IMG/VR virus record: IMGVR_UViG_3300025530_000023
Span: 1-41,941 of that record
DNA length: 41,941 nt
Reading direction: 5' to 3' (one strand)
Source of the DNA: a virus
Lineage: Duplodnaviria; Caudoviricetes
In this document: one piece after another, positions 9,292-18,400 of the stretch
Layout of the letters: each line of letters opens with the position of its first letter
How positions within the stretch are numbered: position 1 is the first letter of the stretch
Position numbers and translations under genes: made by a program
The notes under the pieces: generated by a model
Seen by the model: the letters and a program-made list of their open reading frames with translations, nothing else
What the model was told of the DNA's origin: nothing
The model's database searches: none

Positions 9292-10221
9292 ATGAAAATA
9301 AAAATCAGGAATCTTAAAAACCGTAATCAAAACGGGCCGGCTGGTGATAGGCCGGCCCGTGCTAAAAAGCTTGAAAAAATTTATGAATCTCCTAAAAACT
9401 TTTTACGTGAGCCTTTGGAGGTGATAGAAATTTCCGTTCATGAACATTTGGAAACTCTGTTTAATGATTATCTTGAATGGAGGAAAGGGCATAGGAAGAA
9501 GCCTGATTACATTTTCAATATGAGTCAGGATTTCGGATTTGTGTCTGTTCTTCCTAAAATTGTAAAGAAGAATTATGATTTGATTCTGAAATATGGTGAG
9601 GCGTTTAGTGAGATCATTTCTAATGCGGTCGTCGAACTCACCAAGTTCAAACGTAACCGTTATAAAGAGATGATTTCGATCTATTCTAATATTTATGAAG
9701 ATTTGAATGAGAGAAGGATCAGGAAAATCGCTTCCCTTGATCTCAAGGGGATTGATTGGAATGAGGCTTTGAAACTTTGTATTGTATCTCATGGGTCTCC
9801 TGGGCACACTGTTGTAAATACGCTCAGGATGATGTATAGCGTAATAAAATTTAACGATTATAAAAGTGTCAGGAAGCTTCTTGTTAAACTCTATGGTAAA
9901 AAGGATATGCCGAAGGTTGCGGTGTATATCCTGCTCGAAAAGAAACCTGACTTCTCAAAATCAACTTGGATAGATTCCGAGCTATACGCGGTTCTTACCA
10001 AGATAGCTTTGGATGAAATAAATGTACAGGATAAGAAAACTATTAAAAATCTTTTGAAACTCTATTGTAATGAAAGAAGACGTACTGAATTTGAACAATA
10101 CGTTCGCAGACGTATCAATATGTCTACAATCGATAAGGAAGACTACAAGAAAATTTGGAAAGTTATGAAGAAACTTGCTAAGAAGAATAATATGTATAGA
10201 GTTTATCTGGATTTACAATGA
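9292..10221 (+). CDS. Hypothetical basic helical protein
   Basis: RBS AAGGTGAG before ATG 9292; the track start at 9208 overlaps the tubulin gene and is unlikely. Confidence 0.8.
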   Translation: MKIKIRNLKNRNQNGPAGDRPARAKKLEKIYESPKNFLREPLEVIEISVHEHLETLFNDYLEWRKGHRKKPDYIFNMSQDFGFVSVLPKIVKKNYDLILKYGEAFSEIISNAVVELTKFKRNRYKEMISIYSNIYEDLNERRIRKIASLDLKGIDWNEALKLCIVSHGSPGHTVVNTLRMMYSVIKFNDYKSVRKLLVKLYGKKDMPKVAVYILLEKKPDFSKSTWIDSELYAVLTKIALDEINVQDKKTIKNLLKLYCNERRRTEFEQYVRRRINMSTIDKEDYKKIWKVMKKLAKKNNMYRVYLDLQ

Positions 10222-10223
10222 TT

Positions 10224-10258
10224 CTCGGAGGGGTTATACCCCTCCGAGTATTTTTTTT
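10224..10258 (+). terminator. Intrinsic terminator
   Basis: CTCGGAGGGG..CCCCTCCGAG followed by a T run. Confidence 0.9.
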
Positions 10259-10302
10259 CTTTTTATTATTCACTTAACTCTAAAATAGACAAATATTTCA
10301 TT

Positions 10303-11016
10303 ATGAAAGGATTTGAAGAAATGATTCGGTTGTATAATCAAACCCCTGACGGAAGTGAAATTAAAGGATGGGAAGTATTTACCAAGGTAAATCAAGAAAA
10401 TACTAAAAAAAAGAGTTATTCAATTTCTTTATCCGGGGCCGATAGAGGCATCTTTATTGCACTTGATAGGAATAATTATGAAAATCTTACAATTGTAGAT
10501 GCCGGAAGAGTGTTTCCGGATACCAATAAATTTACGAAATTATACTCGATTCATCTCGGGGAAGACAGATTCCTTCCTGTGATAACCGCTGCAGAAAATG
10601 ACAGTGAAGACAGGAACATTCTTTTGTTCAATTATGAAACGAATACTGGTGAAGTAATTACTGAAGTTAACTTAATAAATATGGCAGCAATTTCTAGTTT
10701 TGTAACAAATAAGGATTTTAAAACTAGAGTAACGATTGCAGCTATTGATTTGGATAATAAAGAGGATTTCGGAATTGAAATTAAATATGGTTTCAACGGA
10801 GGAAAAGTTCACCAGATTGAAAAAATTATGTTCGCTAGTTATAACTCTATTGTAAATAAAATGAAGAATAAATCAATGTACGGAAATAATGCTCCTTTGG
10901 AGTATTTCAATATTTCAAAATCCCATGAATCAGGGGAAAAAATTGTTGCTAAACGTCTTGATATTCCCAGAATTGACCTTTCAAAATTTTGTTTAAATTT
11001 AAAGAATGATGACTAA
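10303..11016 (+). CDS. Hypothetical protein
   Basis: 237-aa ORF between two terminators; no clear RBS, so the start is uncertain. Confidence 0.7.
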   Translation: MKGFEEMIRLYNQTPDGSEIKGWEVFTKVNQENTKKKSYSISLSGADRGIFIALDRNNYENLTIVDAGRVFPDTNKFTKLYSIHLGEDRFLPVITAAENDSEDRNILLFNYETNTGEVITEVNLINMAAISSFVTNKDFKTRVTIAAIDLDNKEDFGIEIKYGFNGGKVHQIEKIMFASYNSIVNKMKNKSMYGNNAPLEYFNISKSHESGEKIVAKRLDIPRIDLSKFCLNLKNDD

Positions 11017-11021
11017 AGATT

Positions 11022-11056
11022 TAGAGATAGGAGATATTCTCCTATCTCTTTATTTA
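11022..11056 (+). terminator. Intrinsic terminator
   Basis: AGAGATAGGAG..CTCCTATCTCT followed by TTATTT. Confidence 0.8.
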
Positions 11057-11069
11057 TTATTTTATTTCG

Positions 11070-11081
11070 AACACGCAATTA
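11070..11081 (+). promoter_or_regulatory. Late-type promoter AACA-N6-TA
   Basis: AACA-CGCAAT-TA. Confidence 0.6.
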
Positions 11082-11100
11082 GATATGCAAACCAGAGAGG

Positions 11101-12462
11101 ATGGTAATTTTGGGTCTCCTTAGCATGATCCAACAACAACGGAAAGCAGAAAAGAAACATGATGATACCGTTGTAACTGAAATAAGTTATCCTACAGGAT
11201 ATCTTCCTCTTGACTATGCAAATGGTATTCGTGTGACTTCATACGATGAATTTGACAATCCGATTGCTAAAACAGATTTAATTGGAATTGTTGGAGGAAC
11301 GTTTGTAACAGTTATAGGTATTTCTGGTACTGGCAAGACGGCTCTCGCAATCGGGATCTCATGTTGTGGAATCCATAAATTCGGGGAGATGTCTGCTGTA
11401 ACCCATTATGACCTCGAACTTGCGTCAACCATTCAAAGACCGATTACTATTACAAGATTACGACCTTCCCTGCTGAAGAAAACTTATCAGATTTATCGAG
11501 ATAGAGCGGCAGAAGATGTTGTGGACAATTTCAAAACCCACTGTAAAGTCAAACTCGATAATAGAAAACTGTTTACCTATAAAACTGGTGTTTTGAATAC
11601 TTATGGAGAGGAAATTGAGGAACTTTATCCATCATTTGCTATGATGGATTCTTTCGCAATGTTTAAATCTGGTGAAATTGATCTCGAAAAGAAGAAAGTT
11701 GAAGATATCACTAACAATATGCAGGCGGCGACTTCAGCAAAATTTAATAAAGCTATTCTTTCCCAAATGCTGGCGTATGGTAAAAAAGCAAATGTGGGTA
11801 TTGTGGCCGTTAATCATATTAACCAAGATGTCAATACTGGTTTCTTGCCCAAAGCAAGTCAGCACATGTATCTCTCTCAAGGGGAGAACATGCCTGGTGG
11901 TACAGCATCACTCTATCTTGCTAATAACATTATTAAACTTAAACTTATCAAGAAATATCTTGCCGACAAACCTGACACTATGGAATATGGGATTCCTGGT
12001 TTCTTGGTCGAGGCAAGATTTATAAAATCTCGTACAAATGCTTCAAACATTCCGGTTGAATTGGTGTTTGACCATCGTAGAGGCGGATTTTCTAAAATTC
12101 TTACTTTGTTTAACTTTGCAGTTAAAAATGAGATTCTTCTTGGTAATAATCGTGCAATGTATATTCCAGGTCTTGAAAGTGTTAAATTTACGAAAAAGAC
12201 GTTTAAAGACGTTGTATTGAAGTCTCCTGAGATCCTTGAAGCCCTGTATGAAGCTTGTAAACCTCATCTTGAAGCAATGCTTTCAACTGATACTGGTCAT
12301 ATGGGATTTGCCGAATCCGAATCCCAAAAAATTGATGCAATGTATAGGGCTCTTGAAGAACATGAAAAAGATGTTGAGTTTTATATGGGCCAAGGATGGA
12401 CTGATTTTCTAAATGGAAAACCGGTTAATTTTGATAGGAAGAAGTATTGGTATAAAAAATGA
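11101..12462 (+). CDS. recA: RecA/UvsX-like recombinase
   Basis: PTGYLPLD, Walker A GISGTGKT, MMDS (Walker B), VNHI, PGG, IKSR. True start may be TTG 11110 given RBS spacing. Confidence 0.8.
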   Translation: MVILGLLSMIQQQRKAEKKHDDTVVTEISYPTGYLPLDYANGIRVTSYDEFDNPIAKTDLIGIVGGTFVTVIGISGTGKTALAIGISCCGIHKFGEMSAVTHYDLELASTIQRPITITRLRPSLLKKTYQIYRDRAAEDVVDNFKTHCKVKLDNRKLFTYKTGVLNTYGEEIEELYPSFAMMDSFAMFKSGEIDLEKKKVEDITNNMQAATSAKFNKAILSQMLAYGKKANVGIVAVNHINQDVNTGFLPKASQHMYLSQGENMPGGTASLYLANNIIKLKLIKKYLADKPDTMEYGIPGFLVEARFIKSRTNASNIPVELVFDHRRGGFSKILTLFNFAVKNEILLGNNRAMYIPGLESVKFTKKTFKDVVLKSPEILEALYEACKPHLEAMLSTDTGHMGFAESESQKIDAMYRALEEHEKDVEFYMGQGWTDFLNGKPVNFDRKKYWYKK

Positions 12463-12478
12463 TGTTTTTTGAGAAATA

Positions 12479-12519
12479 TATATTATTTATGTGGATAGGA
12501 TGAATATCCTATCCACATA
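12479..12519 (+). promoter_or_regulatory. Early-type promoter with adjacent hairpin
   Basis: TATATTAT-N6-G(12493); ATGTGGATAGGAT-GAAT-ATCCTATCCACAT. Confidence 0.7.
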
Positions 12520-12532
12520 TTATATTTGAGAG

Positions 12533-12874
12533 GTGCATTATATCATAAAAACCGTAAGACTCAGCGACTTTACGAGAGATGTACAAGATTTGAATGAACA
12601 ACTAAATCATCGACTCCCTCTATTGGAATGTATTGATCTCGTTAAATTTATCTATCAATCAGACCGCGTATTATATAAAGATGGTAAACCCCATGTAATT
12701 TATCCTAATCAAATTAACCAAATCGTCTCAGAACTTACTGAAGAATTTTTGTCATCAGAAGAACCAATACAATTTGTATTGAAAACTATTAAGATCGAAG
12801 GAAAAGAGTATAAATTATTTACTGTATTCCACGGAAAATATGTAAGAATTTATTTTGTTATAAAATATGAATAA
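12533..12874 (+). CDS. Hypothetical protein, paralogue A
   Basis: 113 aa; colinear similarity to the next ORF. Confidence 0.75.
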   Translation: MHYIIKTVRLSDFTRDVQDLNEQLNHRLPLLECIDLVKFIYQSDRVLYKDGKPHVIYPNQINQIVSELTEEFLSSEEPIQFVLKTIKIEGKEYKLFTVFHGKYVRIYFVIKYE

Positions 12875-13208
12875 GGAAATGGACAAGAACGGTTTTAAAA
12901 ATTTTACAGAAGATGTTGAAATATTAGCTCGTCAATTAAGTTTTATAGTTCCTTTCTTAGATTGTATTGAAATCGTCACTTCTTTTTATAAAGAAGGTTA
13001 CACTCTTTACAGAGATGATAAACATCATCTTATTAAGGTCCAAGATTTTAAAACCAATGTTTTAGAAATTATTGATAAGTTCGCATCTTCGCATAAAAAT
13101 GCGAAAATTACAATGAATAATATGATTATCAATAACGGAGAATTTAAACTGGTAAAGATTTATTTCCAGGATACTGTAAAAGTTTATTTATTAACAGATA
13201 TCAAATAA
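12867..13208 (+). CDS. Hypothetical protein, paralogue B
   Basis: 113 aa; overlaps the stop of paralogue A. Confidence 0.75.
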   Translation: MNKEMDKNGFKNFTEDVEILARQLSFIVPFLDCIEIVTSFYKEGYTLYRDDKHHLIKVQDFKTNVLEIIDKFASSHKNAKITMNNMIINNGEFKLVKIYFQDTVKVYLLTDIK

Positions 13209-13221
13209 AGGAGGAGATAGA

Positions 13222-15306
13222 ATGCTTCAGCCAGAACAAATGGAAGAACTTGACCAGATAGCCAAAGAACTTAAGAACTTAGACCATGCATATGGATCTG
13301 GTCTATTCATTCCTATTGGGAATAAGGTCAACTCCTCTCGGGCAGCTCTGGTTTACCAGCAGATTGCCCAATCTAAAAACCTCGAAAACCCTGAAATACC
13401 GAAGGTGGCTACCGGCTATGAAAAAGTATTCGGCGATAGGTCCACCTCTTATCATAAAGCAGACAAAGAATACGAAGTGATCGCAAAAATAAGGAAATTT
13501 GATAATGATTATGTATATGCGTTAGTATTGAAAGAAGTTGGAACAAACTACTATGATATCGTATTCAGAAATGAAGTAGAATCTTTTGCAGAATCGTCCG
13601 GCGTAAGGATGGATAACCAGGTTATCGACTCCAAGAAAGTTGGAGACATCATACAACCTGGAGAGGTTCTGTATAAATCAAGATCATATGATGAAAATAT
13701 GAACTACCGTTTGGGTATTAATGCTAAAACTTTATATCTTGTAGATCCAGCTATTGTTGAAGATGCTTTCAGAATTTCTGACAAACTTGCGGAAAGGCTG
13801 AGAGCTACTGAAGTAAATACTTATAAGATTCCGAAGAATACTAATGATATCCTCTTGAACCTCTATGGTAATAGCGAAGAGTACAAAGCTTTTCCGGACA
13901 TTGGAGAGAAAATAAAGAATAAAGTCCTGTGTGGAAGACGCAGGATTGATTATAATAATGCTCAATATATGCTGAAAAGTAAAAATCTCCGTAGAGAAAT
14001 GTTTGGGGACACGCTTTATTATAGTGAAGGTACAGTAATTGATATTGATATTTATTCAAATATTCCGATTGAAGAAATTCCTAATGATAAAGTAAATCAT
14101 CAGATTCTGAAATATCTTAAAATGATTACGAAATATTGGCATGAACTTAGAAAAGTACTTGGAAGGATTGTTGAGAATCCCGAAAATGAATATTCTGATC
14201 AAATCGGAATTACTTATGCAAGAGCTAAGGATGTTTTGAGTATTGGAAAGCATATTAAATGGGATGATGACGGTTCGATTTTCGATTCTATGATCATCTA
14301 CATTACCGTAGTAAATAGTAAGAAAGCAGTTGTTGGTACAAAGCTCGTTGGACGCCACGGGAATAAAGGCGTCGTATCCGAAATTGTCCCTGAAAAATAT
14401 ATGCCTAGAAGCGAAGATGGTGAATATGCTGAGATTATTTTCAGCGCTCTTAGTGTTATCGGCCGACTTAATCCTTCACAGCTTTATGAACTTGAGCTTA
14501 ACTGGATAGTCGATGAGATTCTTTCGGGCGATGCATCGAATAAAGAAAAATTTGAGTCACTTCTGGATTTCCTGTCTATTTGCAACCCTGATCAGGAGAA
14601 ACTTGTAAAAGATTTTTATGAGTCGCTTAGCAAAGATGAAAGGGATGAATTCCTTTCTCAAATTACTAAGGATTTCGTGACATTCCAACCACCCAGCATG
14701 TCCATAACGTTCAAAAATTATTCCAAGCTTATAGATAAATTTGAGCCGAAGAAGAAACGGTTCACAATTATGGATAAATCAGGCGAAGTCTATACTATTC
14801 AAAGAAAGTTGATCATGTCTGATACTTATATTTACAGATTGAAACATGAACCTATTACTAAATTCTCAGTAAGATCTAAAGGAACTATCAATCCTAGAAC
14901 GTTCTTGCCGATTAAATCCCATGCTTATAGTAGGGGCACGGCACTGTTTAACAACCAGGCTATCAGGATTGGTAATATGGAGATGGATATTCTCAATCTC
15001 TGTAACGATCCTGCGGCTATAAACTTCTTTACAAGATTGTATTGTACTTCAGTTACTGGAAGACGCGAATTCTCTCAACTTCTTGATACAAACCTGTTCC
15101 AAGAAGATATTCAGATCGATATGCCGAATCCAAAGTCTCGCGTTGTAGATTTGTTCAATGCGACATTCTTGGTTTGTGGAATGGCGCTTGAATTTGAATA
15201 CGACGATGAGACGGAAGTTAGAGATGATAGTCTTCTTAATGAGCTTAAAAACATGGACAAAAAATCCCTTAAAATATTCTTTGATGGGTGGGACAAACTG
15301 AAATGA
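13222..15306 (+). CDS. RNA polymerase beta C-terminal half (probable non-virion RNAP)
   Basis: LGINA, EDAF, GTKLVGRHGNKGVVS, GRLNPSQ, YIYRLKH, RIGNME. Confidence 0.92.
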   Translation: MLQPEQMEELDQIAKELKNLDHAYGSGLFIPIGNKVNSSRAALVYQQIAQSKNLENPEIPKVATGYEKVFGDRSTSYHKADKEYEVIAKIRKFDNDYVYALVLKEVGTNYYDIVFRNEVESFAESSGVRMDNQVIDSKKVGDIIQPGEVLYKSRSYDENMNYRLGINAKTLYLVDPAIVEDAFRISDKLAERLRATEVNTYKIPKNTNDILLNLYGNSEEYKAFPDIGEKIKNKVLCGRRRIDYNNAQYMLKSKNLRREMFGDTLYYSEGTVIDIDIYSNIPIEEIPNDKVNHQILKYLKMITKYWHELRKVLGRIVENPENEYSDQIGITYARAKDVLSIGKHIKWDDDGSIFDSMIIYITVVNSKKAVVGTKLVGRHGNKGVVSEIVPEKYMPRSEDGEYAEIIFSALSVIGRLNPSQLYELELNWIVDEILSGDASNKEKFESLLDFLSICNPDQEKLVKDFYESLSKDERDEFLSQITKDFVTFQPPSMSITFKNYSKLIDKFEPKKKRFTIMDKSGEVYTIQRKLIMSDTYIYRLKHEPITKFSVRSKGTINPRTFLPIKSHAYSRGTALFNNQAIRIGNMEMDILNLCNDPAAINFFTRLYCTSVTGRREFSQLLDTNLFQEDIQIDMPNPKSRVVDLFNATFLVCGMALEFEYDDETEVRDDSLLNELKNMDKKSLKIFFDGWDKLK

Positions 15307-15595
15307 GCAATCAAGTAAACGTTAAAAAACCTACTATTGGAGTCTTGGCTCTAAATGGTGCTATATTTAGAAAAATGGAGAAACTGTAACTCTCCAAGAT
15401 TTCATAATGGACCTTAATTCTATGGGATATGAATTTAATGGCAAGATAATGCAGACACAAATTGATGGAGAACCTATTGTCATTGTTCCAATTCCAGAGT
15501 CGAATGAAGATGGAAATAAAGGTAATGTAACAGCAAACTCTCCAGAGGGTGATCAGCAACAATGCCAAGCTTCAGAAAATCAACAAAACGAATAG
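15303..15595 (+). pseudogene. Frameshifted small gene (15303-15389 plus 15371-15595)
   Basis: ATGA-coupled start; adding one A to the A5 run at 15371-15375 gives a continuous 97-aa ORF. Confidence 0.6.
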
Positions 15596-17808
15596 TTCAG
15601 GAATTGGACAGCGGAAATTATCTTTCCGCTGTCCTCAAACTTCATGATCCTGAGATTGTACTCACGTTACACGAATTAACATTTAAACCTGAAAAATCTT
15701 TAACTGAAGATGAAATTGAAGGCCTTGAAAATATCCTGAAAGCAAGTAAGGCTCTTTATGAGCTTAATCAATATATGAGCGGTATTCTTTACAAATTGAT
15801 TCCAGATGAAATGTATGATAGACTTCTTGAAAAGTATAAAAAGTTGACTGATGGTAAAGAACCTTTTCAGTCTTTCATTCCAACAGGAATGAGAAGTACC
15901 GAACAGGATTTTCCTGAACTCTCTGGTACACTTGATAAAGCTTACACGGTATACGATGTTAACGATAAACCATCTGTAGAAAGATGGTTAAAAAAAATAA
16001 TGAAAGAAACTGGAAAACATACATTGAAACTTATCATAGCTCCGAAATTTGATGGCACTTCAGTTACAATAACGTTTGAAAACAAAAATAATGTTCTTAC
16101 TCCGGTTAAAGCTGTAACTAGAGGAGATTTTGAATCTAATAAAGGTGTAGATCTTTCAAATATTCTTGTGGGTAGAAAACCTCTTGGACTTGGAATGAGA
16201 GAGGGATTATTGGAAAAATGGGCAGATATTATAATTAGAGAAGATAAAAAATGGGTGGATAATTTATCTCTTCCTGATAAAGTAGGGATTCAGTTTGAAG
16301 CTCTTGTTACAGAGTATGGAAGAAATATATTAAGTAAAATTGTAAAATTTGATTATAAAACTAGAAGAGCGGCTATTGCATCTGCAATGAAAAGGATTTC
16401 CAATCCGAAGACACCTAAAGATGAATTGAAAAAAATTAATAAATGTGTTACTCTAATCCCTCTTTTGATGGATGATAAATCAATTGAAGCTTTCAGTAAA
16501 TTAGATAAGAATACTTTTGAGAAAATGTTTATAGCTCTTGAGAATTATTGTGTTTACTATGATGATTCTGGAGAATTTGAATTTTGGTATGACTATCTTT
16601 ATGATAATATAGATGGTTTGCTTAAAGCTATCGATTCTATAGTTAAAGATTATTCTTCTAATAGACATTCTATGTTATATAGCATAGACGGGCTGGTTAT
16701 AACTGTTTTAGAATATGATGCGGTAAAACAACTTGGTAGATCAAATAATAAAAATAAATGGCAAATTGCTTATAAGTTTGATGCAATGGTTCAAAGAACT
16801 AAGATTACTGGTTTAGTTCCTTCTATGGGCAAACAGGGGTTCATTGGAGCCAATATTACATTTGAACCTATTGAGTTCAACGGAGTTCGTTACGATAAAG
16901 CTCCTGTAAATAATATATCAAGATTCAAAGAACTTGATCCTCATGTCGGGGATGAAGTTATTGTATCCTATAACGCAGATGTTATGGGGTATATCTATAA
17001 GGATGAAACTTGTGAGCCTGCAAAAAATGGCGAACCTCTCAAACTTCCAACTCATTGTATTAAATGTGGTTCTGAGCTTATTGTTACTAAAGATATGCTT
17101 AAATGTGTAAATGAAGAATGTCCTGGACATAAAGTCGGAAGACTTTTGGAAGCTATTCGTATATTGGACCTTGATTTCTTTGGAGAAGAAACTGCCAACG
17201 ATTTGGTTGAAATAGCTGGAATTTCGAATGCTATTGAATTTTTGAAGATGACCCATGACGATCTTTCTAAAGTTCTTAAAGGATTAAACCTTGAAAAAGC
17301 TTGGGAAGAATTCCAGAACAAGATTAAAGCTCCTATAAGCTATGCAAAAGTTATAGATCTTCTCAGAATACCAGGTCTTAGAACAAAGACTGCTGAAAAG
17401 ATTCTTGCGGAGATCCCTATAAAAGAATTGAAAGAATTGATGCTTTTTAAACAAAAAGATTCTTTGTATAAAAAACTCAGGGCTGTAAAAGGCATTGATA
17501 AGAAAGCTAAGGATTTTGCAAATGATTTAATCGAAGCATATAATGATTTTTCTGATTTGTGTAAACTACTCAACTGTGAAGAAGAAAAGAAAGATTATGA
17601 TAAAGTAATTCTTGTCTCCGGATTTAGGAGTAATCCGGAGTTTGATAGTATATGTAGAAAGTTAAATTTTAAAGTTATTGAATCAGGAAGTAAATACGAT
17701 TTACTTGTAGTAACTTCTGATAGACTTGATGGAAAGAAAGCAATAAAGGCCCGCAAAAACGGGATTCCGATAATGCTTCTTTCAGAGTTTATCAGAGAAT
17801 ATTCTTGA
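15562..17808 (+). CDS. ligA: NAD-dependent DNA ligase
   Basis: IPDEMYD, KFDG adenylation motif, VTRGD, IDGLVI, IAYKF, C4 zinc finger, HhH, BRCT-like tail. Confidence 0.93.
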   Translation: MPSFRKSTKRIVQELDSGNYLSAVLKLHDPEIVLTLHELTFKPEKSLTEDEIEGLENILKASKALYELNQYMSGILYKLIPDEMYDRLLEKYKKLTDGKEPFQSFIPTGMRSTEQDFPELSGTLDKAYTVYDVNDKPSVERWLKKIMKETGKHTLKLIIAPKFDGTSVTITFENKNNVLTPVKAVTRGDFESNKGVDLSNILVGRKPLGLGMREGLLEKWADIIIREDKKWVDNLSLPDKVGIQFEALVTEYGRNILSKIVKFDYKTRRAAIASAMKRISNPKTPKDELKKINKCVTLIPLLMDDKSIEAFSKLDKNTFEKMFIALENYCVYYDDSGEFEFWYDYLYDNIDGLLKAIDSIVKDYSSNRHSMLYSIDGLVITVLEYDAVKQLGRSNNKNKWQIAYKFDAMVQRTKITGLVPSMGKQGFIGANITFEPIEFNGVRYDKAPVNNISRFKELDPHVGDEVIVSYNADVMGYIYKDETCEPAKNGEPLKLPTHCIKCGSELIVTKDMLKCVNEECPGHKVGRLLEAIRILDLDFFGEETANDLVEIAGISNAIEFLKMTHDDLSKVLKGLNLEKAWEEFQNKIKAPISYAKVIDLLRIPGLRTKTAEKILAEIPIKELKELMLFKQKDSLYKKLRAVKGIDKKAKDFANDLIEAYNDFSDLCKLLNCEEEKKDYDKVILVSGFRSNPEFDSICRKLNFKVIESGSKYDLLVVTSDRLDGKKAIKARKNGIPIMLLSEFIREYS

Positions 17809-17814
17809 TAAATA

Positions 17815-17846
17815 GAGCCGGAGAGAAATCTCTCTGGCTATTTTTT
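17815..17846 (+). terminator. Intrinsic terminator
   Basis: AGCCGGAGAGA-AA-TCTCTCTGGCT followed by ATTTTTT. Confidence 0.85.
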
Positions 17847-17989
17847 CAAAGGTTTATTCTCTTAAAATAGTTGATGACGAATTGGATTTTCTGTAAAATA
17901 ATAAAAATATTATTTTAAAATAAATTAAACACCTGGTAAATATAATTGTTAATATCAGAACCGTTTCAGGTAATTTTTGGAAATGTATA

Positions 17990-18001
17990 AACAGTATATC
18001 G
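17990..18001 (+). promoter_or_regulatory. Late-type promoter AACA-N6-CG
   Basis: ATGTATAAACA context is identical to the promoter at 40343-40353; predicted +1 is G18001. Confidence 0.55.
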
Positions 18002-18290
18002 GGAATGAATTTGTGAGAGAGTCAGATTAAGCAAAAACAAAATGAAACCACCGGGTCTGGCCCGTAGATCTCTTTGAAAAACTAAAAACTTCAAATTATC
18101 CCAACGATGATAGGGGTAATCGGCGATATTCCTCGGATTTTTCTGCCTGGGTTGGTCTACTGTTTGAGGTCAACCGTCGCGGAAAGTGAAGAGGTCCTTG
18201 CTGAGGTTTTTAGAAAGGGAACTATAGGGCTAGTAGGTGGAAAATAATTTTGGGAAAAGTTAATGACTCAATCTCACAGTTCATATCCTC
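18001..18290 (+). ncRNA. Putative structured rod-like ncRNA (6S-like architecture), family not recognised
   Basis: Nested long-range complementarity between the 5' and 3' halves; no ORF; flanked by a promoter motif and a terminator. Confidence 0.65.
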
Positions 18291-18302
18291 AATATAAAAA
18301 AT

Positions 18303-18344
18303 GAGCCAGAGGGAGTCACATCCCTCTGGCTTGTTGTTTTTTTT
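18303..18344 (+). terminator. Intrinsic terminator
   Basis: GAGCCAGAGGGA..TCCCTCTGGCTT followed by GTTGTTTTTTTTT. Confidence 0.85.
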
Positions 18345-18360
18345 GATTAATATGCAAATA

Positions 18361-18375
18361 TATATTATTAATCAG
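18361..18375 (+). promoter_or_regulatory. Early-type promoter TATATTAT-N6-G
   Basis: Exact motif. Confidence 0.7.
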
Positions 18376-18400
18376 ATAATATAAATGGAAGGAGGATAAC

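Noticed and set aside
15330-15365. IGVLALNGA resembling the PdxT glutaminase N-terminus
   Set aside because: Match is too short, and no catalytic Cys/His/Glu motifs follow.
17850-17980. AT-rich tract as possible replication origin
   Set aside because: No iterons or distinctive boxes; similar AT content occurs in other intergenic regions.
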